The notes: a model not told the origin generated them from the sequence alone. Shown: positions 50,506 to 59,989, numbered from the stretch's first letter. The stretch is 64,000 nucleotides of DNA from an uncultured bacterium (GCA_963695335.1 OY968764.1:800001-864000); one strand, 5' to 3'. Translations and numbers: made by a program.

Positions 50506-51327
50506 ATGAAAAATATATCAAAAATACCAGCATTAGATGTTTCTCATCTTACTGTTGAATACAACCCTACTTCGCTAAAGCTACGAAGGGCAAGTCCCAA
50601 TTTAATTCTAGCCAATTTTTCAGTCACTATTCCACAAGGTGTGATGTGTGGCATTATTGGGCCCAATGGTGCAGGTAAAACAACGCTCATGAAAGCGTTG
50701 CTCCAATTAATACCCATTTCTGCAGGCAATGTGCAAATTTTGGGAAATTCTTTTAAAAATGTGCGCAATAAAATTGCATACATCCCTCAACGCAGTTCTG
50801 TTGATTGGGATTTTCCGATCACCGTGTTTGATATGGTATTAATGGGTTGTTATGGAAGATTAGGCTGGTTTAAGCGTCCAACAAATGCTGATCGTATTAA
50901 AGTATATGAGTCTCTTGCTGCCGTAGGCTTGTGCGAATATGCAGATAAATCAATTAGTGTACTATCTGGCGGGCAACAACAACGAGCGTTTTTAGCACGT
51001 GCGCTCATGCAAGATGCGCATATTTATTTTTTGGATGAACCATTCGCTGGTGTGGATATTGAAGCTGAAAAAATTATTATTACTCTTTTTAAGAAATTAC
51101 GTGATGAAGGCAAAACAGTTATTGTTGTTCATCACGATCTTTTTACGGCATCAACATATTTTGATTATATTTTATTACTGAATAAAACGTGTATTGCTTC
51201 TGGGCCTACTGAGCAAGTGTTAAATGCATTCAATCTTGAATGCACATATGGCCGCATACCCTTCGATACATTTTTTGAAGACAAAAAACACTCAGGGCGA
51301 GCGGAAAGAGAATTCTTAGAGCAATAA
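50506..51327 (+). CDS. Mn/Zn ABC transporter ATPase (TroB-like)
   Basis: GPNGAGKTT, YIPQR..VDWDFP, LSGGQQQR, LDEPF, VHHDL. Confidence 0.92.
   Translation: MKNISKIPALDVSHLTVEYNPTSLKLRRASPNLILANFSVTIPQGVMCGIIGPNGAGKTTLMKALLQLIPISAGNVQILGNSFKNVRNKIAYIPQRSSVDWDFPITVFDMVLMGCYGRLGWFKRPTNADRIKVYESLAAVGLCEYADKSISVLSGGQQQRAFLARALMQDAHIYFLDEPFAGVDIEAEKIIITLFKKLRDEGKTVIVVHHDLFTASTYFDYILLLNKTCIASGPTEQVLNAFNLECTYGRIPFDTFFEDKKHSGRAEREFLEQ
50565..50594. repeat. Family B element (30 bp) in frame in the troB-like gene
   Basis: CCCTACTTCGCTAAAGCTACGAAGGGCAAG, translated PTSLKLRRAS (different frame from the troA copy). Confidence 0.85.
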
Positions 51328-51403
51328 AAGAAGAGTTAATCCCCGCTCGCCCTGAGTGTTCTTCGTAGCTTTAGCGAAGAAGAATGTATCGAAGGGTATG
51401 CGG
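51252..51403. repeat. Family A variant doublet with family B nested in the right arm; left arm encodes the TroB C-terminus
   Basis: CCGCATACCCTTCGATACA...CACTCAGGGCGAGCGG / CCGCTCGCCCTGAGTG..[CTTCGTAGCTTTAGCGAAG]..TGTATCGAAGGGTATGCGG. Confidence 0.85.
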
Positions 51404-51419
51404 GAAAAAGAAAGTTAAA

Positions 51420-52262
51420 ATGATTGCATGTATAGATTACACCTTACTACTCGTCTTGCAAGGAGCCGCACTGCTGGGAATAACAGCAGGGGCGCTCGGC
51501 TCTTTTGCATTATTACGCCAACAAAGTTTACTTGGTGATGCAATATCACATGCAGCATTGCCAGGAATTGTATTGATGTTTTTATGCACGCATAGTAAAA
51601 ACCCATGGGTGTTGTTAGCAGGCGGTGCATTTGCAGGAGTTATAGGTGTAGTGAGTATGCATTATATTCTTGCACGCACAACCCTTAAGAAAGATGCAGT
51701 GCTTGGCATTATTTTATCAGTGTTTTTTGGTTTTGGTCTTGTACTGATGACGGTTGCACAAAAAATACCAAGTAGTAATCAAGCTATTTTAAACAAATTT
51801 TTATTTGGTAATGTATCAACGTTGCTTTATCAAGATATAAGTGCAATCGCACTCATATCTTGTTTTATTATGATTATATTAATGTTGTGTTGGAAAGAGT
51901 GCACCATGTATGTTTTTGATCCAATTTTTGCGCAATCATTAGGATTTAAAACAATAATTATAGAAACAATTATTACGGTGTTGCTGATACTTGCAATTGT
52001 CATCGGTTTGCAAACTGTTGGTGTTATTTTGATGAGTACTATGCTCATTGCACCCGCAGCAGCAGCACGTCAGTGGGTGACACAATTATTGCACATGGTT
52101 GTGCTTGCAAGTTTTTTTGGCGCTTGTGCCGCAATTATTGGTGTGTGTGCAAGTAGTGTCATTGATCATCTGCCAACAGGTCCGGCGATTGTAGTTGCAG
52201 CAAGTTGTATTGTATTTTTTTCTTTATTGTGTGCACCGCACAGAGGTGTTGCATGGCGATAA
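51420..52262 (+). CDS. Mn/Zn ABC transporter permease (TroC-like)
   Basis: LR.QSLLGDAISHAALPG, LFGN, GLQTVG.ILM..MLIAPAAAAR. Confidence 0.9.
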   Translation: MIACIDYTLLLVLQGAALLGITAGALGSFALLRQQSLLGDAISHAALPGIVLMFLCTHSKNPWVLLAGGAFAGVIGVVSMHYILARTTLKKDAVLGIILSVFFGFGLVLMTVAQKIPSSNQAILNKFLFGNVSTLLYQDISAIALISCFIMIILMLCWKECTMYVFDPIFAQSLGFKTIIIETIITVLLILAIVIGLQTVGVILMSTMLIAPAAAARQWVTQLLHMVVLASFFGACAAIIGVCASSVIDHLPTGPAIVVAASCIVFFSLLCAPHRGVAWR

Positions 52263-53125
52263 ATATGTTGCATCTGGAAATTATAACCATTGCAATTTTG
52301 GCGGCTGTTACATGCTGTTTGCCTGGTTTATTTTTGGTGTTGCGTGGTGTTGCCATGATGAGTGATGCAATTAGCCATGCCATTTTATTAGGCATTGTGG
52401 TGATGTTTTTGTGTGTTCAAAGTTTAACTTCGCCATTGCTGATTGTGGGTGCGGCATTGACAGGTGTGTTAACCGTGCTGTGTACAGAGATGATTATTAA
52501 AAGTAAGCGTTTAAAACAAGATGCGGCGATTGGTCTTGTATTTCCTCTCTTTTTTTCCGTTGGTGTTATTTTGGTTTCTCAGTGTGCGCGCAACGTGCAC
52601 CTGGACACGGATATGGTTTTATTGGGAGAACTTGCCTTCGCGCCATTCAACCGTTTTATGGTGAATGGCATGGATTGTGGCCCGCGGGCATTGTGGGTGA
52701 TGGGTATTGCGCTTATTATTAATATTGTGTTTGTGCGACTGTTCTATAAAGAATTAGTGATCACCACGTTTGATGCTACTCTTGCAACTATGACCGGTTT
52801 TTCCCCCGCTTTGTTCTATTATCTGCTGATGATCGTTACAAGTATCACCACAGTTGCCACATTTGATGCTGTGGGAGCTATTATGGTGGTTGCGTTGATG
52901 ATTACACCTCCATCTAGTGCATATTTATTGACCCAAAGAGTCAGCGATATGCTCTTTTTAACTGTTATTTTTGCTGTTTTATCAGCCATTTTAGGCTATA
53001 TTTTCGCTTCCTACGCTGATGTTTCTATTGCTGGTTCTATTGCCTCCATGACGGGGGTTTTTTTTATTGGGGCGCTGATTTCGCGCCCGATACGGCTAAA
53101 AACCATAAATATGATTTCAAATTGA
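52253..53125 (+). CDS. Mn/Zn ABC transporter permease (TroD-like)
   Basis: FLVLR..AMMSDAISHAILLG, VHLD.D.VLLGE.AFAPF. Confidence 0.9.
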   Translation: MAINMLHLEIITIAILAAVTCCLPGLFLVLRGVAMMSDAISHAILLGIVVMFLCVQSLTSPLLIVGAALTGVLTVLCTEMIIKSKRLKQDAAIGLVFPLFFSVGVILVSQCARNVHLDTDMVLLGELAFAPFNRFMVNGMDCGPRALWVMGIALIINIVFVRLFYKELVITTFDATLATMTGFSPALFYYLLMIVTSITTVATFDAVGAIMVVALMITPPSSAYLLTQRVSDMLFLTVIFAVLSAILGYIFASYADVSIAGSIASMTGVFFIGALISRPIRLKTINMISN

Positions 53126-53198
53126 TCATTTTTGAGAAATCTATATACTGGATAGTATATAATGAAGTGTTAGGGGAATTATCAATTTGGAGACAATT

Positions 53199-54101
53199 AT
53201 GAATAAGAAATATTTCATTTGCAGCCTTTTAATGATGTTTTTGATGATTTCTAAGCCATCTTTTTCTATGGACAATAACGATAAAAACAGTGGATATTTA
53301 TGGCAGAGTTTTGCTATTGGTGCAACCTTAGGAGCTGCTTTGCCACATTTGTTGGGTAAAATGATGGCTTCTATTTATGAAGACGTTACTCCTGAAACAC
53401 AAAAGTGGGCAATAAAGGTTTTAGAGGAAAGTGGTATAAAGGGTGTAGACAAGATTTCATTTAAAAAAGCAAAAGATGAGCAAGGTTGGGAGGCACGCTA
53501 TGATTATTTTATTACTATTCCTGAAGATTTTGATCCCCTCAAATGTGCTCGTCAAAAATGCTTGGAAGGTGAATTTCTTTTAAAACATGAAGTTAAACAT
53601 GTTCAAAATTATGATATAACTAAAAGAACAGCTCTTATGGTTGGAATAATTGCAGTAAGTTGTGTTCTTGCTAAAGAAAAATCATTTATTACAATACCTT
53701 TTGTGCCTCTTGGATATGGAACTAATATGGTTTATTGTAAATATCAAGAAAGCGAAGCAGATCGATTTGCTTATGAGAGAGCAAGAAGCAGGGAAGAACT
53801 TATAGCTGCTAAAAATTATTTTATACAAATACGTACGAAATATGAGAAAGAATTTTTACAAAGGCGTGAGGATGATTTATTAAAATTAAAATCACTGAGA
53901 GCAACTAATGGTATAGAAGAGAAAGAATTTCAGAATAAAAAAGATAAGATTTTTTCTATGCTACGTAATAAAGATATGCTGTTGGACATTACCGAGTTCA
54001 TAGGAGATCGTGAGCATCCATCTTTGAAAAGTAGAGCTGGAATGGCTCAAGATTATATACAGAAGTGGGATAAGGATCATTCTGTGGGTGAAAGAAGTTA
54101 G
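53199..54101 (+). CDS. Putative zinc metallopeptidase (M48-like), paralog 1
   Basis: LKHEVKH, E.EADRFA and HPSL..R motifs; signal peptide. Confidence 0.7.
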   Translation: MNKKYFICSLLMMFLMISKPSFSMDNNDKNSGYLWQSFAIGATLGAALPHLLGKMMASIYEDVTPETQKWAIKVLEESGIKGVDKISFKKAKDEQGWEARYDYFITIPEDFDPLKCARQKCLEGEFLLKHEVKHVQNYDITKRTALMVGIIAVSCVLAKEKSFITIPFVPLGYGTNMVYCKYQESEADRFAYERARSREELIAAKNYFIQIRTKYEKEFLQRREDDLLKLKSLRATNGIEEKEFQNKKDKIFSMLRNKDMLLDITEFIGDREHPSLKSRAGMAQDYIQKWDKDHSVGERS

Positions 54102-54110
54102 AGGCAATTT

Positions 54111-55034
54111 ATGAATAGAAAATATTTAAAACATGCGGCTTTAATGCTGCTTTTTACGTTTATTAGCCCATCCTCTTCCATGGATCAGGAGAATGTGGGG
54201 TATGGGAAAAAGATTGCCAAGACGTTTAAAGCTTTTTTTAATAAACCTTGTGTTAAGTATGAAGATGTTTCAAGGGAAACAGAAAGTTGGGCAAGGCAAG
54301 AATTGCGTAAGAGTAATATAGACAATGCTGCAACTGTCCCATTAAAAAAAGCATTGAAATATGAAGGTTGGCATGTGCGTAGCAATACCATTTTTATTCC
54401 CGAAACTTTCAATCCAAATAAATGTAGTTCCGGTGAATTACTAGAGGCAGCATGGTCTCTAAAACATGAAGTGAAGCATTTTAATAATAAAGATGGCCTT
54501 AAACGCCAGTTATTTGTGGGACCTATAGCAACAACAGGAATTTTGGCAGCATTACTTGCAGACAAATATCCCCGTTATATTCCGAGGGTTACACTTTTTG
54601 TTTGGGGGCTTATACCTTTGGCTTGTGGGGGACCGCTTTTCCATATTAGATATCAAGAAAAAGAAGCAGACCGATTTGCTTTTGAGCATGCAAACACAAG
54701 ACAAGAAATTGTTGCGGTTAAAGAAAAATTGGATAAGGCTATAGTATATTTTGAAGATAATTTGTTGCGAAATAAATTTTATGGCAATAAGGTTCAGAGA
54801 AGTTCATATTCATATATCGCTCCCATAATAACTGATATTAATACACAACTTTCTGATAATAATATTTCTGATGAAGATAAAATTGTGCTTCATAGAAAAA
54901 AAACGAAAATTCTAAAAATGGCTTATTTTGTTTTTGACCCTGATCATCCTTCCCTGAGAAGTAGAGCTGGAATGGCCCAAGATTATATAAATAAGTGGGA
55001 TAGAGAGCATCCAGGGGATGAAAAAAGAGCTTAA
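54111..55034 (+). CDS. Putative zinc metallopeptidase (M48-like), paralog 2
   Basis: LKHEVKH, EKEADRFA, HPSLRSRAGMAQDYI. Confidence 0.7.
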   Translation: MNRKYLKHAALMLLFTFISPSSSMDQENVGYGKKIAKTFKAFFNKPCVKYEDVSRETESWARQELRKSNIDNAATVPLKKALKYEGWHVRSNTIFIPETFNPNKCSSGELLEAAWSLKHEVKHFNNKDGLKRQLFVGPIATTGILAALLADKYPRYIPRVTLFVWGLIPLACGGPLFHIRYQEKEADRFAFEHANTRQEIVAVKEKLDKAIVYFEDNLLRNKFYGNKVQRSSYSYIAPIITDINTQLSDNNISDEDKIVLHRKKTKILKMAYFVFDPDHPSLRSRAGMAQDYINKWDREHPGDEKRA

Positions 55035-55133
55035 TCATTTGATTTTGCGTTATTTAAAGAAATCTCGTATAATAATGTATATTCCTTAGTTTAAAACATA
55101 AATTTATATTTTTTTAGTTTTTAGGATGATGTC

Positions 55134-55391
55134 ATGCCAGTACCAAAACGAAAACGCTCCAGAGCCCGCCGTGATTCACGCTTTGCAAATAAGGGTCTTA
55201 AAGTTAAAGCAATCACTGGTTGCTCTAATTGCAAAGAACCAATAGCTCCTCATACTCCATGCAAAACATGTGGTTTTTATAAAGGCGCTAAGGTCTTAGT
55301 AACCAAAGCAGACAGAAAAGTAAAACGTCTTGCTTTAAAAGCAGTTAAAACACCAGCAAAAAAAGCATCTGCAGAATCACAAGCTGAGTAA
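55134..55391 (+). CDS. rpmF: 50S ribosomal protein L32
   Basis: MPVPKRKRS..RRD.R; CxxC...PH..CxxCG.YKG. Confidence 0.95.
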   Translation: MPVPKRKRSRARRDSRFANKGLKVKAITGCSNCKEPIAPHTPCKTCGFYKGAKVLVTKADRKVKRLALKAVKTPAKKASAESQAE

Positions 55392-55423
55392 TTAATGAGT
55401 TATATAGTACGGGGAAAACCACA

Positions 55424-56479
55424 ATGATTGCGGTTGATGTTATGGGGGGCGATTATGCCCCGCAAGAAACTGTTCAAGGCGCATTAGCAGCAGCAAAAAA
55501 AGGTGTTCCCCTTATTTTATTTGGCAATCAAGATAAAGTGTTGCCTTTATTAACGCAATATTGCCCACGTTGGCGATCCCTTCCCATTGAACTTGTTCAC
55601 TGTTCTGATGTTATTGAAATGGATGAAGATCCAATTCGTGGCATGTTACGTAAAAAAGATTCTTCTATTGTTCGCGCATTGCAAGCAGTTCATGCTGGCA
55701 AAGCGCATGCTTTTGTTTCAGCAGGTAATTCCGGAGCGGTCATGGCAGCGGCATCAGTTACTGTTGGTCGTGTGCCGGGAGTTCTTCGTCCTGCAATTGG
55801 CAGTTTTTTGCCAACAACCCATGGATCATTGTTTTGTCTTGATTTGGGAGCCAATCCTGATTGCAAGCCAGAATATTTGGTCCAGTTTGCGTATATGGGG
55901 TATGCGTATGTTCGCATAGCCAAAGCCATTGCGCAGCCACGAGTTGCATTACTTTCTAACGGGCATGAATCGTATAAAGGTTCAGCTTTAGTAAAACAAG
56001 CTTTTGAATTGATTGCACAAACAGGTCTTGAATTTGTTGGCAACATTGAATCGCGTGATATTTTTTCTGGTCGTGCCGAAGTTATTGTTACTGATGGTTT
56101 TACCGGAAATGTTTTATTAAAGAGTATTCAAGGAACTGCAAAAGCTGTGATCGAGTGGATGAAAGATGAAGCTCAGCGTTCAATTATTTTAAAAATATTG
56201 CTTGCGTGTGCGTATCCGGTGTTGCGTTGTGTAAAGAATAGAATTGATTATGCGCGAACCGGTGGTGCGTTGCTACTAGGTATTAATAAACCAGTTGTGA
56301 TTGCACATGGTTCTTCAAAAGAGCTTGCAATTACTCAGGCGATACTATTTGCGCAAAAAACAGTTGATGAAAATATTATGCCAACGTTTAATGAAACGTT
56401 ACAAGCGTTGTTAGAAAAAGGCAAAGTGACTATGACAACTGTTAAGCAGGCTGCATCCACGCAACAGGCGCAGGTGTAG
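55424..56479 (+). CDS. plsX: Phosphate acyltransferase PlsX
   Basis: IAVDVMGGDYAP, VSAGNSGA, LDLGAN, DGFTGNV.LK, GGA.LLG....V.IAHGSS. Confidence 0.95.
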   Translation: MIAVDVMGGDYAPQETVQGALAAAKKGVPLILFGNQDKVLPLLTQYCPRWRSLPIELVHCSDVIEMDEDPIRGMLRKKDSSIVRALQAVHAGKAHAFVSAGNSGAVMAAASVTVGRVPGVLRPAIGSFLPTTHGSLFCLDLGANPDCKPEYLVQFAYMGYAYVRIAKAIAQPRVALLSNGHESYKGSALVKQAFELIAQTGLEFVGNIESRDIFSGRAEVIVTDGFTGNVLLKSIQGTAKAVIEWMKDEAQRSIILKILLACAYPVLRCVKNRIDYARTGGALLLGINKPVVIAHGSSKELAITQAILFAQKTVDENIMPTFNETLQALLEKGKVTMTTVKQAASTQQAQV

Positions 56480-56519
56480 CACTTTATTTTTTTCTTGAAG
56501 TATGATACGTTGCTGCTTA

Positions 56520-56546
56520 TCCGCCGAAGCTTTATGCGTAGGAGGA
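56520..56546. repeat. Family B element upstream of the TPR gene
   Basis: TCCGCCGAAGCTTTATGCGTAGGAGGA. Confidence 0.8.
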
Positions 56547-56582
56547 AATAAGTTTAACAATAGTTTTTTGGAGTTATGTACT

Positions 56583-57260
56583 ATGGCTATTCAAAATACA
56601 CATTCAGTAGTAAAAAATATTTCTCGATTCATGTACGCAAATGATAAAAACATTCTCAGAGCTGTTATTTTTGTAGCTCTTTTGATTGTTTTATTTTTTG
56701 CTCGTAAACTGTGGATCATTAATAAAGAACAATCAGCGCAATATGATTTTGCAGCATTAATGACAGAGTTTGAAACAGTATCGCGTGAAAAAGATCCGCA
56801 ATGGTCACCATTGCTTGAAAAATTTGAGACACAATATCAAAAACATTCAAGTTCATCAGTTCTGCCGTATTATTTGGGTTACAAAGTTCAGATTTTATTA
56901 GCGCAAGATAAAAAAGAAGAAGCGCTTGTTACATTGGATAAAATGATTGCGGATATGTTACCAGAATCTGCGTTGATTGCATTGTATGAAATGGAACGTG
57001 CGTTAATTCAGTTGGATATTGATGATGCAAAATTGAATGAAATTGGTTTAGACATGTTAAAGATGTTAGCGCAAGATAAAGGTAATATCTACCGTGATAG
57101 CGCGCAATATTATTTAGGCCGTTATTATTGGTCGAATAATCAGGTTGCTGATGCGCGTGCAATTTGGCAGCAACTTGTTGATGAACAACGTGATGAAAAA
57201 ATGGCGCCATCTCCGTGGGTTGATCAAGTACAACAACAATTGGCATTAACAATAGTATAA
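56583..57260 (+). CDS. Membrane-anchored TPR-like protein (YfgM-like)
   Basis: Single N-terminal TM, then helical TPR-like motifs (AQYYLGRYY....Q...A..IWQ). Confidence 0.6.
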   Translation: MAIQNTHSVVKNISRFMYANDKNILRAVIFVALLIVLFFARKLWIINKEQSAQYDFAALMTEFETVSREKDPQWSPLLEKFETQYQKHSSSSVLPYYLGYKVQILLAQDKKEEALVTLDKMIADMLPESALIALYEMERALIQLDIDDAKLNEIGLDMLKMLAQDKGNIYRDSAQYYLGRYYWSNNQVADARAIWQQLVDEQRDEKMAPSPWVDQVQQQLALTIV

Positions 57261-57284
57261 TAAATTTTATTTATAATTATGAAT

Positions 57285-57426
57285 GTTCGTATGTTTCGAC
57301 AAGCTCAACACGAACGGAGAGAGCGTTGAGCGCAGTGTTTACTACTGAGCTTGACGAAGTATCAACACGAACGGATTAGAAAATTTTATATCTCCGTTCG
57401 TACTGAGCCTGTCGAAGTAAACGAAC
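57285..57426. repeat. Composite cluster of family A arms upstream of gltX
   Basis: TTCGACAAGCTCAACACGAACGG, CTGAGCTTGACGAAGT, CAACACGAACGG, CCGTTCGTACTGAGCCTGTCGAAGTAAACGAAC. Confidence 0.85.
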
Positions 57427-57442
57427 ACAACTGGAAGTTTAC

Positions 57443-58858
57443 ATGAAAAATAACACGGTGCGCGTTCGCTTTGCACCATCACCAACAGGGCATTTGCACA
57501 TTGGTGGGCTGCGAACAGCATTATTTAATTGGCTTTTTGCGCGTCATCATGGTGGCGCGTTTTTACTTCGCATAGAAGATACAGATTTTGATCGTTCAAC
57601 GCAGGAATATCGTGATTCAATTTTACATTCCTTTGCATGGACGCAATTGGAACATGATGAAGAAATTATCACGCAAAGTGAACGTTTTTCTGAATATCAT
57701 AAAATTGCTCAGCAATTGATTGATGCAAAAAAAGCATACCGTTGTTTTTGCTCACCGGAAGATCTTGCATCCCGTTATGATAAAGAAACAGGCGGAGATT
57801 TTTTTGTTACCTATGATGGTTATTGCCGTGATCGTGCTGAACAACCTGGTGATGAGAACACACAGCATGTTGTTCGCTTTAAGCTTCCAGAAAATCGCAC
57901 GGAAATAACTTTCCAGGACCTTATTAAAGGTCCCATCACTATCAGTTTAGAAAATATGGATGATTTTATTATTGTCCGTTCCGGTGGTTTTCCGATGTAT
58001 AATTTTGCAGTTGTTGTTGATGATGCATTTATGCATATCACGCACATTATTCGTGGTGAAGAACACATTGTTAATACACCAAAACAAATTTTGTTAAATG
58101 AAGCGTGCGGATACACTAATCCACAATTTGGTCATTTACCTCTTATTTTAGGCCCAAGCGGTGATAAACTGAGTAAACGTGATGGTGCAACTTCGGTGAT
58201 TGAATATCGCAAAGAAGGTTATTTGCCGCATGCATTGCTGAACTATTTAGCACGTCTTGGCTGGTCACATGGTGATCAAGAAATTTTTTCATTATCAGAA
58301 CTGATTGAACATTTTACGTTGGATACTATTGGCACAAAGAGTGCTATTTTTGATTTTGAAAAACTTGCATGGGTTAACACGGTTTACTTAAAAGCGTTAT
58401 CTGAAGAACAAATTATTGATGCAATTGTTGCTGATGTTAATACTCATTTTTTAACAAAGTTCAGTTGGAGTGTTGATACAATCAAACAAGCAGTTACTTT
58501 GTACAAAGAACGCGTTAAAACATTGCGAATGCTTGTTGATGAATTAGTGCTTGTGCACAACGGTCCACAAGAATATAATTCTGAAGATATTCAGAAATGG
58601 GTTACTGCCGATACGGCACAGCACCTTGATGCTGCAATAGAAGCGTTTGGAAAATGTGACGTGTTTACGCATGATAATTGTGCTGCAGTTGGAAAAGAGT
58701 TGGCTGCAACACTTGGTATTAAATTAGTAAACTTGCTGCAACCCATTCGTCTTGCTTTGATTGGAAAAGCTTCTGGTCCTGGTGTGTTTGATTTGATGAC
58801 TGTTGTAGGAAAAGAAAAAACTGTTGCGCGATTGAAAGCATTACGTGCTAGTTTATAA
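57443..58858 (+). CDS. gltX: Glutamate--tRNA ligase
   Basis: RFAPSPTG.LHIGG, LRIEDTD, IRGEEH, KLSKR. Confidence 0.96.
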   Translation: MKNNTVRVRFAPSPTGHLHIGGLRTALFNWLFARHHGGAFLLRIEDTDFDRSTQEYRDSILHSFAWTQLEHDEEIITQSERFSEYHKIAQQLIDAKKAYRCFCSPEDLASRYDKETGGDFFVTYDGYCRDRAEQPGDENTQHVVRFKLPENRTEITFQDLIKGPITISLENMDDFIIVRSGGFPMYNFAVVVDDAFMHITHIIRGEEHIVNTPKQILLNEACGYTNPQFGHLPLILGPSGDKLSKRDGATSVIEYRKEGYLPHALLNYLARLGWSHGDQEIFSLSELIEHFTLDTIGTKSAIFDFEKLAWVNTVYLKALSEEQIIDAIVADVNTHFLTKFSWSVDTIKQAVTLYKERVKTLRMLVDELVLVHNGPQEYNSEDIQKWVTADTAQHLDAAIEAFGKCDVFTHDNCAAVGKELAATLGIKLVNLLQPIRLALIGKASGPGVFDLMTVVGKEKTVARLKALRASL

Positions 58859-58862
58859 AGAC

Positions 58863-59011
58863 GTTCGTTTCTTTCGACAGGCTCAAGACGAACGGATAAA
58901 TGCAAGTTTTATATCTCCGTTCGTGCTGAGCTTGTTTAACCCCATCTTCAGTTTCTTTCGATGGGGACCCTGATTGGAACGGAGTGGAAATTGGGGCAAA
59001 AGTAAACGAAC
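58863..59011. repeat. Family A doublet whose right arm is split by family C hairpins
   Basis: Right arm CCGTTCGTGCTGAGCTTGT|...|AAGTAAACGAAC interrupted by AACCCCATC...ATGGGGACCC and GGAACGGAGTGGAAATTGGGG. Confidence 0.75.
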
Positions 59012-59023
59012 GTGGAGATTATT

Positions 59024-59989
59024 ATGAAAACAGCATTATTATTTCCTGGATACGGTAGTCAGTTTGTTGGTATGGGTAAAGAGTTGTACGATGAATATCG
59101 CATTGTACAAGAATATTTTGAAGAAGCTTCGCATGTATTAGATATTAATTTCGTCAAGCTTTGTTTTGCGTCGTCAGACAGTGAAATAAGTCAATTAACC
59201 AACGCTTACACATCTCTTTTTTTAATTGGGGCTTGTGTTGCTGCAGTACTCAAAGAGCAAGGTATCAATGTTGATGTAGTCGCTGGATATAATAATGGTG
59301 AAACAACCGCGCTTTTTGCAGCAGGTTGTTTTTCTCTTCCTGATGGTCTTTATTTATTGAATAAATTTTGTTCATTTTATGAAGAAACTGTTGATCAAAT
59401 GAATGTGGATGCATTGCATGTTGTTGGCATTGCTACTGTGCAACTTGAAAAAACATGTGAACAACTGAGCACAGAAGAAAATAAAATTTTTGTAGCGATT
59501 TATAACAGCCCAACTGATCATATTGTTGCGGGAAATCGTGATCACCTTTCGCAATTGCATGATATATTCGAAGGCCAGGCTGAAATGGAATATGTTGGCA
59601 CAGAAGTTGGATTACATTCATCATTAGTGAATGGTGTTGTGGATCTGTTTAAAAATTTTTTAGAAAAAGTTGATTTTAAAGATTTAAAAATTCCTCTTAT
59701 CAGTTGTATTGATGGTAACATTGTTACCATGGGAGATGATACTAAAGAGCGATTTATTAGTCATATTAATTCACCATTGGAATGGTTTAAAGCAAGCAGA
59801 ATGCTTGCTTCTTACGATTGTATTTTTATTGCAACACCATCAAAGCAGCTTTATGATATGATTAAAAATCAGTATCCTGAAAAAACGGTGATATCAATTG
59901 CAACAAAAGATGATATTGAAAAAATTAAAGAAATAGTAAATGTAACACATGAAAATATAGGATTAGTTGATGGCAATAGAAATGAATGA
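59024..59989 (+). CDS. fabD: FabD (malonyl-CoA:ACP transacylase)-like protein lacking the catalytic Ser
   Basis: ALLFPG.GSQ.VGMGKELY, N.P....VAG and LHS motifs; GYNNGE in place of GHSLGE. Confidence 0.8.
   Translation: MKTALLFPGYGSQFVGMGKELYDEYRIVQEYFEEASHVLDINFVKLCFASSDSEISQLTNAYTSLFLIGACVAAVLKEQGINVDVVAGYNNGETTALFAAGCFSLPDGLYLLNKFCSFYEETVDQMNVDALHVVGIATVQLEKTCEQLSTEENKIFVAIYNSPTDHIVAGNRDHLSQLHDIFEGQAEMEYVGTEVGLHSSLVNGVVDLFKNFLEKVDFKDLKIPLISCIDGNIVTMGDDTKERFISHINSPLEWFKASRMLASYDCIFIATPSKQLYDMIKNQYPEKTVISIATKDDIEKIKEIVNVTHENIGLVDGNRNE

Noticed and set aside
56502..56582. N-terminal extension of the TPR gene containing a family B element
   Set aside because: ATG 56583 is the more plausible start, so this copy was not counted as a coding insertion.
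57285..57426. Clustered repeats resembling a mini-CRISPR
   Set aside because: Units are inverted and irregular, belong to dispersed family A, have no constant spacers, and no cas genes are present.
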